From Promethearchaeota archaeon (GTDB lineage: Archaea; Asgardarchaeota; Odinarchaeia; Odinarchaeales; JBHLKK01), in the NCBI GenBank assembly GCA_048939465.1, contig JBHLPL010000012.1, positions 1 to 26,878 of the forward strand: a stretch of 26,878 nt of DNA, given 5' to 3'. Below, piece by piece: positions 8,336 to 17,118 of the stretch. The notes beneath the pieces are model-generated. The model saw only the letters and a program-made list of their open reading frames with translations. It did not search any database and was not told the DNA's origin. Position numbers and translations under genes: made by a program. The number at the start of each line of letters is the position of its first letter. Position 1 is the stretch's first letter.

Positions 8336-10468
8336 TTGATACCCTACGCTGCGTGGCTCTGTTGGGCTATTCCTCTCATTGGCTCGGTCCTTACGCCGGT
8401 ATTTGCCAAAATCAGTCCAAGAGTTAGGGATTACGCGGCAGTTGTCTTTGGAGCTTTAGCCATGATCATGGCAATCTCCATGATACCAGACATTGTGGCC
8501 GGTCAGGTTGTAACGCTCGACGGGATCCCTCATGAAATACCTTATGACTGGGTAGTACCATGGATGCCTACGATAGGACTTAACGTGGGTGTTCTTATAG
8601 ATCCACTCAGTGTCCTGCTTGCAAATGTGGCAGCTGATATCGGGTTTCTTATTCTCCTTTATTCAATAGGATATATGCATGGAGATCCAGACAAGACTAG
8701 ATACTGGTTTTTCATGCAATTCTTTGTTGGCTCCATGGTCTTGCTCGTAATGGCGGATAACTTCCTCTTGATGTTTATAGGTTGGGAGGGTGTAGGACTG
8801 TGTAGTTATGCACTGATTGGTTTCTGGCACAAGAAAACTACACCAAGCCCCGTCCCTGGATATGCATCGGAGGGCGACTATAATGCACACGCCGGACTGA
8901 AAGCATTTATAGTAACCAGGGCCGGCGATATTACTCTCCTGATTGCAATCCTGATCATCTTTGTGACTGCAGGAACTTTCAACTACATTGAGCTCCAGAG
9001 CGATTTTGCTTGGATGAGCATTCTTTCAGGTATGGGCCTTTCCTTAATCGTACCTCTGCTCCTCCTTGGAGGCCCTATAGGAAAATCTGCCCAATTCCCT
9101 CTGCACGTTTGGCTTCCAGAAGCCATGGCTGGTCCGACGACAGTTAGTGCACTGATTCATGCTGCAGCCATGGTTAAGGCTGGTGTCTATCTGGTTGCAA
9201 GGAGCTTACCTATATTCCATGAAGCGTTTATTACTCACGGTTATCCAGAACTCTATACCTTCTTTCAGGTTGTTTCCTGGATCGGAATATTCACTGCATT
9301 TATGGCTGCTACCATGGGCATGGTGGCCAAAGAGATTAAGAAAGTCCTGGCATTTTCAACCATAAGCCAACTCGGATATATGTTCTGCGCACTAGGTATA
9401 GGCGGAATGGCAGTAGAATTCGGAGCTGGATTCACAGCTGGTGTATTCCACCTGGCAGCTCACGCGATTTTCAAAGCTCTCCTGTTCTTGGCAGCCGGTT
9501 GTGTGCTTCACGCCACCGATACCAAAGACATGTTCGAGATGGGGGGTATTAGAAAGGAGATGCCTTGGACTTACCGAACTATGCTTGTGGGCGCTCTATC
9601 GCTCAGTGGAGTGCCCTTCTTGTTTGCTGGTGGTTGGAGCAAAGAAGCCATCCTTGTTGCCGCTTTGGAGACTGATCAGATCTTGCTCTTCGCTGTGGCG
9701 GCGCTCACAGCAGCCATAACAGCCTTTTACAGCCTCCGTATGCTCGGAATAACCTTCTTTGGACCAAAGAGCGATTTTCTAAAGAAAAGAGAGGCTGAAG
9801 GCAAACATGTTCACGAAGCCCCACTCAATATGCTTGTCCCTCTACTGGTACTTGCTGGGTTCACAATATTGATAGGCGTTCTGTCAATACCGGATTTCTT
9901 TGGCTTGTTTGGCTTTGAGGGAGCCTTACATACTTATTTCGGAGCAATACTGGGTCACGGCCCCGCAACACTTACTGCTCCGATCCTGAACCCGAGTGTA
10001 CAGATCGCATTGGGGACAAGTCTCCTAATGCTTGCCATCGGCTTTGCTCCTGCGCTAATCTTATACATCCGAAAAGATGGGAAAACCGCGAAGCCAACCA
10101 TAAAACCGATCTACCAGTTTCTCCGTAACCGGTGGTATATAAATGAGGCCTATCGTCGGGTCTTTGTTCGGGGAGCGGTGAAGCTTGGCAGTGGTCTGTA
10201 CAAATATGTTGAAACAAGAGGCATCGACAGATTTAATTATGCAGTTGCAGGCGCAGCCAAGCGTGTTTCAAACTGGCTTTATAGGTATCCGGAGATGAAA
10301 GGTCTGGAAGGCTTTAATAGAGGAGTTGCTAAAGCCTTCTCATCGTTCGGAAAGAGATTTAGAAGACTACAGACAGGCGTGCTATCCTATAATATGATTG
10401 GTGTATTAGCTGGTATGATTGCCATAGTTTCAATCCTAGTATTGTATTTCCTAGTAATAGCTCCATAA
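8336..10468 (+). CDS. nuoL: NADH-quinone oxidoreductase subunit L / MrpA-like antiporter subunit; start probably TTG 8336 rather than 8255
   Basis: FIGWEGVGLCSYALIGFW, GKSAQFPLHVWLPEAMAGPTTVSALIHAA, AFSTISQLGYM, HAIFKALLFL. TATA-like TTTTAAA at 8271-8277 and SD GGAGGT at 8320-8325 lie inside the track ORF's first codons, which supports the later start. Confidence 0.92.
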   Translation: MIPYAAWLCWAIPLIGSVLTPVFAKISPRVRDYAAVVFGALAMIMAISMIPDIVAGQVVTLDGIPHEIPYDWVVPWMPTIGLNVGVLIDPLSVLLANVAADIGFLILLYSIGYMHGDPDKTRYWFFMQFFVGSMVLLVMADNFLLMFIGWEGVGLCSYALIGFWHKKTTPSPVPGYASEGDYNAHAGLKAFIVTRAGDITLLIAILIIFVTAGTFNYIELQSDFAWMSILSGMGLSLIVPLLLLGGPIGKSAQFPLHVWLPEAMAGPTTVSALIHAAAMVKAGVYLVARSLPIFHEAFITHGYPELYTFFQVVSWIGIFTAFMAATMGMVAKEIKKVLAFSTISQLGYMFCALGIGGMAVEFGAGFTAGVFHLAAHAIFKALLFLAAGCVLHATDTKDMFEMGGIRKEMPWTYRTMLVGALSLSGVPFLFAGGWSKEAILVAALETDQILLFAVAALTAAITAFYSLRMLGITFFGPKSDFLKKREAEGKHVHEAPLNMLVPLLVLAGFTILIGVLSIPDFFGLFGFEGALHTYFGAILGHGPATLTAPILNPSVQIALGTSLLMLAIGFAPALILYIRKDGKTAKPTIKPIYQFLRNRWYINEAYRRVFVRGAVKLGSGLYKYVETRGIDRFNYAVAGAAKRVSNWLYRYPEMKGLEGFNRGVAKAFSSFGKRFRRLQTGVLSYNMIGVLAGMIAIVSILVLYFLVIAP

Positions 10469-10492
10469 AAACTCAACTCGGAGGAAAAATAG

Positions 10493-11992
10493 ATGATAAT
10501 ACCATATGCCCCAATACTGGCGTTATTGCTGCCAACGGTATCCCCTGTAATTATATACCCAGTTGGAAAGAGGTACGGCAAGTTCGCAGAAATAGGATCC
10601 ATAGTCGTTTCCATATTGACAGCAATACTCGTTTTTTCCATGATTCCCGATATAGTTGCCGGATCAACCATTTCCTACTATCCTGGCTACGAGTTTGCTC
10701 CAACACTAGGAATATCGTTCGGTGTTCTTGTTAACGCAGTAAGCTACCCTTTGATGAGCATCATTGCACTGGTATCGTGTTTTGCCACCATCTACAGCTA
10801 TAACTATATGAAGGATGAACCGGGACATGCGGGGTATTATGCCAACTTGTTACTCTTCTTCGGCGGTATGATGGGCGTAGTTCTGGCAACCAATCTCATA
10901 CAGTTTTATATATTCTGGGAATTGATGCTGGTTCCGAGCTGGCTACTCATTGATTTCTGGGGAACACCAGGACAAGGTCCGAAGATTGGATTTAAGTATT
11001 TCATCTTTACACATATTGGAGCCCTATGTATGCTACTCGGCATCTTCGTGCTATTTGCCTTTACGGGAACATTCGACATGGTCGTCCTTGGTTCATTAAT
11101 TGCATCGGCGAGCATACCATTCAATACGATGGCTGCGATTCTGTTCCTATTCATGATCGGTTTTACTGTAAAAATGGCAGCCTTTCCAGTACACACGTGG
11201 TTACCCGATGCACACGGCGAAGCTCCAACGCCCATATCTGCCATGCTGTCTGGCATAATGATAAAACTCGGTGCATTTGCACTGGCCAGAATTGCCCTAA
11301 CTTTCATGGGTAACGTTGTTCTATCAGCTAGGACAATAATCTCAGCCCTTGCGGTCGTAACGATGGTTTGGGGAGGCTTTATGGCCATCGCGCAAACAGA
11401 CATCAAGCGGTTGCTGGCATACTCCAGCGTAAGCCAGATGGGATACATTCTCTTCGGTCTATCAGTCTATTCAGAATTAGGATTAACCGGTGGACTCTTT
11501 CATATTGTTGCTCATGCTCTTGGTAAAGGTGCCCTGTTCATGTGCGCAGGTACTCTTATGCATGAGGTAGGGACAAGAGACATTCGAGAAATGGGTGGAC
11601 TGGCGAGTAAGATGCCAATTACGGCAATAGTATTCCTGATTTCAGCACTTTCCCTAAGCGGTACCCCACCCTTAGCTGGCTTTACATCGGAGTGGCTGAT
11701 CTTCACCGGAGGTCTGGCTCAGATTGCAACCAGTCCCGAAATGCTTTGGATAACTGCAGTAGCTCTAATATCTACAATACTGACTCCCGCTTACTATTTG
11801 TGGACAGTCTGGAGAATCTTCTTTGGAAAAGAACGCAAGAACCAAGATAACGTCCATGAAGCACCTTCAAGCATGTGGGTTCCCATGATTCTGATGGCTG
11901 CATTAACTGTCATTTTTGGAATCTTTCCCAATCTACTACTCAATGTAATCTCGCGAGCAGTTGCTGACATACTGGGTGGCGTGTTCCTCTAG
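10493..11992 (+). CDS. nuoM: NADH-quinone oxidoreductase subunit M / MrpD-like antiporter subunit
   Basis: FYIFWELMLVP, VKMAAFPVHTWLPDAHGEAPTPISAML, LLAYSSVSQMGY, GTPPLAGFTSE; SD GGAGG; 24 nt downstream of nuoL. Confidence 0.9.
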   Translation: MIIPYAPILALLLPTVSPVIIYPVGKRYGKFAEIGSIVVSILTAILVFSMIPDIVAGSTISYYPGYEFAPTLGISFGVLVNAVSYPLMSIIALVSCFATIYSYNYMKDEPGHAGYYANLLLFFGGMMGVVLATNLIQFYIFWELMLVPSWLLIDFWGTPGQGPKIGFKYFIFTHIGALCMLLGIFVLFAFTGTFDMVVLGSLIASASIPFNTMAAILFLFMIGFTVKMAAFPVHTWLPDAHGEAPTPISAMLSGIMIKLGAFALARIALTFMGNVVLSARTIISALAVVTMVWGGFMAIAQTDIKRLLAYSSVSQMGYILFGLSVYSELGLTGGLFHIVAHALGKGALFMCAGTLMHEVGTRDIREMGGLASKMPITAIVFLISALSLSGTPPLAGFTSEWLIFTGGLAQIATSPEMLWITAVALISTILTPAYYLWTVWRIFFGKERKNQDNVHEAPSSMWVPMILMAALTVIFGIFPNLLLNVISRAVADILGGVFL

Positions 11993-12052
11993 CTTCCAGA
12001 TGAATTTCGGACATAAACGTTTGCTGGGTTATCTACCCATTCCTATTTTTAT

Positions 12053-12395
12053 CTATCTTCCGCAAGAAGACTCCGTCAGAGAGGGTGGAGATGAATTCGA
12101 TGTGTTCATGTAATTTTTCGGAAATCAAGTCTTGGGTAAGACACTCAAAAGAGGAAGGGTTCTCAACGGTGTGGGCGTGAAACCCGGCCTGGGAGAGCGG
12201 GTCTTGTGGGTACATCCTGCTTGACAGGGCTGTCCCGTGCCTGTGGCACGTTATGGAGTGAACCAGCCCGAGGGTCTACCTCCTGCGCAGCCGTGGATTC
12301 GGACCACAGAACCCCCTCTGCGAAGCCAAAGTGTCCTCAGACGCAGGAGGCAGAGAGAGGGAGGAGACTCCTTGTGAAGGCTAGGGGTAGTTCAC
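12053..12395 (+). mobile_element. E2: non-autonomous IS200/IS605-derived mini-element
   Basis: TTTAT at 12048-12052, left hairpin CTCCGTCA-GAGA-GGGTGGAG at 12071-12090, right end CTCCTTGT-GAAG-GCTAGGGG-TAGTTCAC at 12368-12395. Interior is GC-rich with several stems and has no convincing ORF. Confidence 0.75.
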
Positions 12396-12411
12396 TGTTC
12401 TTCCGCCTATA
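12220..12411 (+). ncRNA. Candidate omegaRNA-like scaffold plus guide within E2 (boundaries approximate)
   Basis: Hairpins at 12223-12234 and 12236-12250, a 13-bp stem 12275-12287/12342-12354, and internal GTGAAC (12258) complementary to terminal GTTCAC. Confidence 0.4.
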
Positions 12412-12738
12412 TTCCTCTAGAAGACCCTATGAGTAAGGGTGGGAACTGATTGCGTTGTGCTTAAGTATTCTCCTGGATATTTGATTTCGAGGTCTGTGAC
12501 CTTGAAGGCTAAATTCGCATAATTGTTCAAAGAGATGCATCAAAGATCTTGGGAATTCCGTTAAGGACTTCTGTTCTTGCCCGCGCACAAACCTCAGGTA
12601 TCTCGCCCTTGTTAATCATGAACTCCGATGTTTTCCCGTTACCGCTCGTTGATACTCCTCGGGGATAAAAGCAGGAATAGATACATTTTTAGAATAAACC
12701 CGTATATTATTAATTGATAAGATCTTGGAGGACAACCG

Positions 12739-13305
12739 ATGATTAATCCAGGTAAGGACCTAGAGAAGGCAATCGTGGATATTGTTAAAGGTTTGGCCTC
12801 GGTTGTAAAGAAACTGGATGATTCTACTAACCAGCTTACAACAAGAATGAGTGATTTTGAAAAGCGGGTTCTGTCAAGGTTAGAAAAACTCGAGAGTCAA
12901 TTTAGTGGACTGGAAAAGACTAAGGATCTTATCGATGAAATCAGCTTATTGGTACCAGTTCTACAAGTATCCAATCTTTTGAATAATGTAAAGGGAATGG
13001 TACAACCATCTAGACCTCTTACACCAATGAGGAAGGAAATAGTAGCACCTGCCCGAGTTCCAAGACCGGCGCCGACAAAAGACATTGAACCTACTCCCAT
13101 GCCCGCCCAAGAACCTCTGTTTGAAGAGCCAAAAGCGCTTTTTAAGGAAGAGGAATCAGCTCCAAGTTCCCCTTCTTTATCCGATGAGACGGAACCTGAT
13201 GAGAAGGGAGAACCTGAAGTGGTGGTTGGCGAGCGTGTCCCTTCTTACATTAAGAAGAAAGTAAAGCCAAAATCTATATGGGAAGGTATCCGTGACGAAG
13301 AATAA
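12739..13305 (+). CDS. Hypothetical protein: N-terminal coiled coil, Pro-rich/acidic disordered linker, short C-terminal motif
   Basis: Heptad-rich aa 1-90, then PSRPLTP...PARVPRPAPT...EEESAPSSP, ending KPKSIWEGIRDEE. SD GGAGG and AT-rich promoter upstream. Confidence 0.85.
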   Translation: MINPGKDLEKAIVDIVKGLASVVKKLDDSTNQLTTRMSDFEKRVLSRLEKLESQFSGLEKTKDLIDEISLLVPVLQVSNLLNNVKGMVQPSRPLTPMRKEIVAPARVPRPAPTKDIEPTPMPAQEPLFEEPKALFKEEESAPSSPSLSDETEPDEKGEPEVVVGERVPSYIKKKVKPKSIWEGIRDEE

Positions 13306-13326
13306 TTCGGAACGGGTTGAAGGTCT

Positions 13327-13734
13327 TTACTCAAGTTTCTCTAGGACTTCCGTAAGCTGTCTGCTCAGAGATGTTAGCTGAACAAGCCAGGCTGCACTCC
13401 TAGTCTTTTTGAGTAATTTGTCAAGGGTCTCAATCATTTCCTTTGGGGTTCTATTCTTGACTTCCGAAAGAATCGATTGCAGATCTGAATGGGCTTTGTT
13501 CTCGAGTTCTGAGACCTTGCCTATCATGCTTTTCCTTAAGTCCTTGTTATATTTCCCCAGTTGTTCTACCTGCTTTGCCATTGACTTAGTATTCTCATCG
13601 AAACTTTGCTTTAAGTCCTTGAGTGTCTTATTAAGTTCAGTCATGGACTCTATGATGTTATCTGTCCTTGAATAAATGTCATCTAATGCTCTGGTAACAA
13701 ATCTCAACACTTCTCCTGGAACATCTTCACTCAT
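13327..13734 (-). CDS. Hypothetical all-helical coiled-coil protein
   Basis: 135 aa amphipathic heptads, no TM segment; SD GGAGG on the minus strand; 20 nt downstream of 13755-14171. Confidence 0.85.
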   Translation of the reverse strand: MSEDVPGEVLRFVTRALDDIYSRTDNIIESMTELNKTLKDLKQSFDENTKSMAKQVEQLGKYNKDLRKSMIGKVSELENKAHSDLQSILSEVKNRTPKEMIETLDKLLKKTRSAAWLVQLTSLSRQLTEVLEKLE

Positions 13735-13754
13735 TATTTACGCCTCCAGGTTTC

Positions 13755-14171
13755 TTAATTGGTCCTGGCTTTTCGGGCGAGAAGTTTGAGCCCCTCTCTC
13801 ATTTTGTCGAGGTCAATTCCGCTCAGTACACTCTGACTCATTTCATCGATCTTGCCTATGGCTCGATCCAGTCTCTTTATATCAAAAGTATTCTTAATGC
13901 TGTCAATTCCTGCGTTGAGATTCCTAATCAGGAAATTGGTCTGTTCATCAAACCTCTGCGTTTCAGCCCCGATTGCCTCAGTGAGTTGATTAATCATGTT
14001 TCCAAGCTCTTCTGTGTTGCTCTCGAAAGCTTGAGCTAAATCCTCTCTTATGGTCTTCGTAACTTCATCGATGCTTCTGGCAACTTCATCGAGCTTATTC
14101 ATTAGGTTAGAGAACTTCTCTTCTATCTTCTTGCTCAAAACTTTATCACCATATTTAGAGGTGCCGAACAT
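13755..14171 (-). CDS. Hypothetical all-helical coiled-coil protein
   Basis: 138 aa amphipathic heptads, no TM segment; probably co-transcribed with 13327-13734. Confidence 0.85.
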   Translation of the reverse strand: MFGTSKYGDKVLSKKIEEKFSNLMNKLDEVARSIDEVTKTIREDLAQAFESNTEELGNMINQLTEAIGAETQRFDEQTNFLIRNLNAGIDSIKNTFDIKRLDRAIGKIDEMSQSVLSGIDLDKMREGLKLLARKARTN

Positions 14172-14363
14172 ATTTAATAAAAGTATTCATGAACTTACAT
14201 CTTGAGTGCGAATCCATCTTAGAAGTTTGGCAGCAAAAGTCGAGTGCCGTGAGCTATTGTATACGCTCCCTTATCCAGAATCGATATTAATGCATTAGCG
14301 AAGATTGAGCTATCCAAATTTAAATAGCCACGTCACTCAGACTGGACGAAGGGGATAGAGTAG

Positions 14364-14636
14364 ATGGTCATAATTAGGGGAGTAATCAAAAGCATAAGTC
14401 CTCCTAAAACAAAGAGGATTAGTCACCGCAGAGTGTTCGCGTATCTGATCTTTACCATAGAAGATGAACAAGAGAAGCTGTATTCTGTCCTTATACCCGA
14501 TAAGATATTTAGAAAATCAGGCTTTGTCCCAAGAGTTGGACACGAAGTCGAACTTGAAGGGTACAGGAGTGAACCTCGCTATGCTTTGGTCGATTATGAA
14601 GTTAGTAGAGTTAAATGGATCAGGAGAATAGGATGA
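14364..14636 (+). CDS. Small basic single OB-fold protein (RPA/SSB-like topology)
   Basis: Beta-strand pattern VIIRGVIKSI...YLIFTIEDE...YSVLIP...VGHEVELEGY...YEVSRV is typical of OB folds; Lys/Arg rich. Confidence 0.7.
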   Translation: MVIIRGVIKSISPPKTKRISHRRVFAYLIFTIEDEQEKLYSVLIPDKIFRKSGFVPRVGHEVELEGYRSEPRYALVDYEVSRVKWIRRIG

Positions 14637-14638
14637 TT

Positions 14639-14875
14639 CAGGGGTCTTGTGCGAGTAAACTACTCCTCCCTTGCGGAAGGAACTTATGACTGTGCTTGGC
14701 CGCAATTCCTTTTCAGGCTTTGGCTTCATCGCACGTCAAGTCAGGGCAGTTTACGGTGCCCCAGCCCGGTAATCCGCATGTAGCGTCGGGCTTAAGAGTT
14801 TACCTCATCCGTTCCCATTCTCCTTGCAGGTCTTTAACCGTTTCCACATCGGAGAGAGGTGTGCCTTTAGACCTA
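14639..14875 (-). ncRNA. Candidate omegaRNA-like scaffold plus guide within E3 (boundaries approximate)
   Basis: Hairpin GGGCA-CCGTAAAC-TGCCC displays GTAAAC (14754-14749), complementary to terminal GTTTAC. GAAGCCAAAG is shared with E2 at the same distance from the end (72 vs 73 nt). Stem TAGGTCT/AGACCTG. Confidence 0.45.
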
Positions 14876-14957
14876 TTAGCACGTTTGGCACGGGCCTATT
14901 TTAAGACCACTCAGTCCCTCTCCGTCCTCTCGGACGGAGTCTCCTTGAGGTGGCTCA
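14655..14957 (-). mobile_element. E3: non-autonomous IS200/IS605-derived mini-element (left boundary approximate)
   Basis: Minus strand: perfect left hairpin CTCCGTCC-GAGA-GGACGGAG (14939-14920; 24/28 identical to the E2 left core), CTTAAAAT at 14905-14898, right end TTCCTTCC-GCAA-GGGAGGAG-TAGTTTAC (14682-14655). Confidence 0.75.
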
Positions 14958-15142
14958 GACGAATGAAGCTGGTGCCGAAAAATCCTCATATATTAGAAGT
15001 ATTTATGATTCTGTTTTCTGGGTAATCTTTGTTGCGAGTTATATGACGAATACGTTTATATCTGGAGATAAGTACAACCAATATTGTGAAAAGATGAAAA
15101 ATAAACAATGATACTCAAGGATTCATCAATCATCAGCTCCCA

Positions 15143-16054
15143 ATGATTAGAGACAATGGAGGAATGGTTTTGTCCTATGAGCAAATACCGATATTGGTTG
15201 ATCAACTAAGAAATGGGGTAAGAAGACTGCAGGAAACCCTTTTATCCGAACTAGATTTTGGACTGCAGCATTACAGTGAGGAACTAGATCGATGCAAGAC
15301 GAGAATACCTGTTCGCCTCAAAGGATTTGGCGGTATAGACATCTTTGCCAAAATAGTAGAACGGATAGTAGACGAGGAAATAATATCGACTATTGTAGAT
15401 TGTGAAGAAAGAATCTGGAACAACGTGAAGAGTATTCTATCGGGCGCAATAGGCGGTATTAACCAATCTGCCGAAGAGATTTCAGATCACGTTACAGCTC
15501 TTGTCAACCGAATTGAAGCTTCTCCTGAGATTTCCATGTTAAAGAGCAAATTGACTGAAAAAGAAGAGAGAATAACAGAACTCCATCAAGCAATTGAGGA
15601 ACGTAAGATCGAAGTGGAGACTTTGAAGGCGAAAGTAGCAGAGCTAGGGTCAGAACTTCACGCCAAGGAAAATGCGCTTGAAGAAATGAGAGATGAGCTA
15701 CCCAGAGATATCAAGAAACTTACAAGTACTGTCGAGAGCCAAAGAAATCAGATAGAGGTCCAAGAAGCTAATATACGTGAACTCTCTGAGAGAGCCATGG
15801 AAATGGAAAGAGAAATACACATCACGGGAGAACGCTGGAATCGTTTAGTAAACGTCGTTACGGATGATACACGCTATGGTTGGTTCTTCAAACTAACCGA
15901 TCAACATGGATGGACGGAATTGAAAAGGCTGATAGTTGGGCATCCTACAGTTTACGTTTTGGAACGCTGGGTCAGACCCTTTGAAGACAAGGGACTGGTA
16001 GAGCTCAAAGAAGAAGATGGAAAAGTAATGGTTAAGGCTTTAGAATTTGAGTAA
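15143..16054 (+). CDS. Hypothetical protein: helical N-terminus, long coiled coil, probable C-terminal winged helix
   Basis: Coiled coil at about aa 125-230 (LKSKLTEKEERITELHQAIEERKIEVETLKAKV...); C-terminal LERWVRPFEDKGLVELKEEDGKVMV looks like a wHTH recognition helix plus wing. Confidence 0.85.
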   Translation: MIRDNGGMVLSYEQIPILVDQLRNGVRRLQETLLSELDFGLQHYSEELDRCKTRIPVRLKGFGGIDIFAKIVERIVDEEIISTIVDCEERIWNNVKSILSGAIGGINQSAEEISDHVTALVNRIEASPEISMLKSKLTEKEERITELHQAIEERKIEVETLKAKVAELGSELHAKENALEEMRDELPRDIKKLTSTVESQRNQIEVQEANIRELSERAMEMEREIHITGERWNRLVNVVTDDTRYGWFFKLTDQHGWTELKRLIVGHPTVYVLERWVRPFEDKGLVELKEEDGKVMVKALEFE

Positions 16055-16174
16055 TCATCAGGTAGTCTTGTCAATTAATTTTGGAACGGTTGCTTCTCCG
16101 ACCGTTTAGATTTCACGGGCAAATCTTATTAATGAGGGTCTTTCTTAAAACCCTCGTATTGTTTTGTTCCGGGG

Positions 16175-17116
16175 GTGTCTGTACTGTCGGAGGAGGAGCG
16201 TGCAGATTACATCTGGATGGACGGGAAACAGGTCAAATGGGATGACGCCAAAGTTCACATAAAGGCCCATGTACTATCCTATGGGACCGGAGTATTTGAG
16301 GGGATACGAGGTTATGCTTATAATGATAATGTCAACATCTTCAGACTAAGAAAACACTTGGATCGGTTGTATTATTCTGCCATGATTTACAGGATGAATA
16401 TACCTTTTACGAAAGAGGAATTGAAGAATGCTATTGTCAAGCTCATTATAGACAATGAGATGAGAGTAGATTGCTATATTCGTCCTCTCGTATATCGTGG
16501 CTATGGCCCCTTTGGCGTGAATCCTTTAAGGAGCCCAATAAATGTGGCAATTTATGTCATTCCAATTGGAGAATACTTGGGAAAAGGAGCCACAAAACGT
16601 GGCATAAAATGTTTGGTCTCATCGTGGCAGAGAATTCCATCCCATGCAATCCCAATTCATGCCAAGGCATGTGGGAATTACCTGAATTCTGTGATTGCAA
16701 GACTCGAGGCCATAGAGAGGAACTATGATGAAGCCATATTCCTGGACCATCGAGGGTTTATTTCGGAAGGAACCGGGGAGAACTTATTCGCTGTAAAAGA
16801 CGGAAGAGCATCAACACCACCAAGCTATGCATCGATACTAATGGGCATAACGAGAGACTCCTTAATTACTCTGCTCAAAGAAGAACTCCACATTGAGGTT
16901 GTGGAGACTGATATTACCCGAGCCTCACTCTACGATATGGATGAGGTTTTCATTTGTGGAACTGCAGGAGAGATAACGCCAGTTGTAGTCATAGACCATA
17001 CGGAGGTTGGGGATGGCAAACCGGGCCCCTTAACAAAGAGATTACAGCGAGTATATCTCGATACAGTACGTGGAAAAATCTCAAGATATTCTAACTGGAT
17101 TATGCCCGTGTATTAG
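16175..17116 (+). CDS. ilvE: Branched-chain amino acid aminotransferase (PLP fold IV), GTG start
   Basis: LSYGTGVFEGIR, YIRP, KACGNY (PLP Lys), EGTGENLF, ILMGITR, CGTAGEI. Confidence 0.95.
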   Translation: MSVLSEEERADYIWMDGKQVKWDDAKVHIKAHVLSYGTGVFEGIRGYAYNDNVNIFRLRKHLDRLYYSAMIYRMNIPFTKEELKNAIVKLIIDNEMRVDCYIRPLVYRGYGPFGVNPLRSPINVAIYVIPIGEYLGKGATKRGIKCLVSSWQRIPSHAIPIHAKACGNYLNSVIARLEAIERNYDEAIFLDHRGFISEGTGENLFAVKDGRASTPPSYASILMGITRDSLITLLKEELHIEVVETDITRASLYDMDEVFICGTAGEITPVVVIDHTEVGDGKPGPLTKRLQRVYLDTVRGKISRYSNWIMPVY

Positions 17117-17118
17117 AG

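Noticed and set aside
12170-12400. SRP (7S) RNA candidate (long stems, GTGAACCAGCCC similar to 7SL)
   Set aside because: Lacks the universal helix-8 motif (CAGG...GNRA...AGCAG) on both strands.
14770-14825. 5S rRNA-like words on + (TAGCGTCGGG...CCGTTCCCATT)
   Set aside because: Spacing is wrong and the rest of 5S (CCGAAC, helices IV/V) is absent.
14655-14957. Group I intron / IStron in E3 (GACTG...CAGTC P7-like pairing)
   Set aside because: No proper G-binding-site geometry or P3-P4-P6 order, the element ends in C rather than the required terminal G, and it does not interrupt a gene.
12053-14957. Composite transposon formed by E2 and E3 around the coiled-coil cluster
   Set aside because: The two elements are on opposite strands; TnpA needs left and right ends on the same strand.
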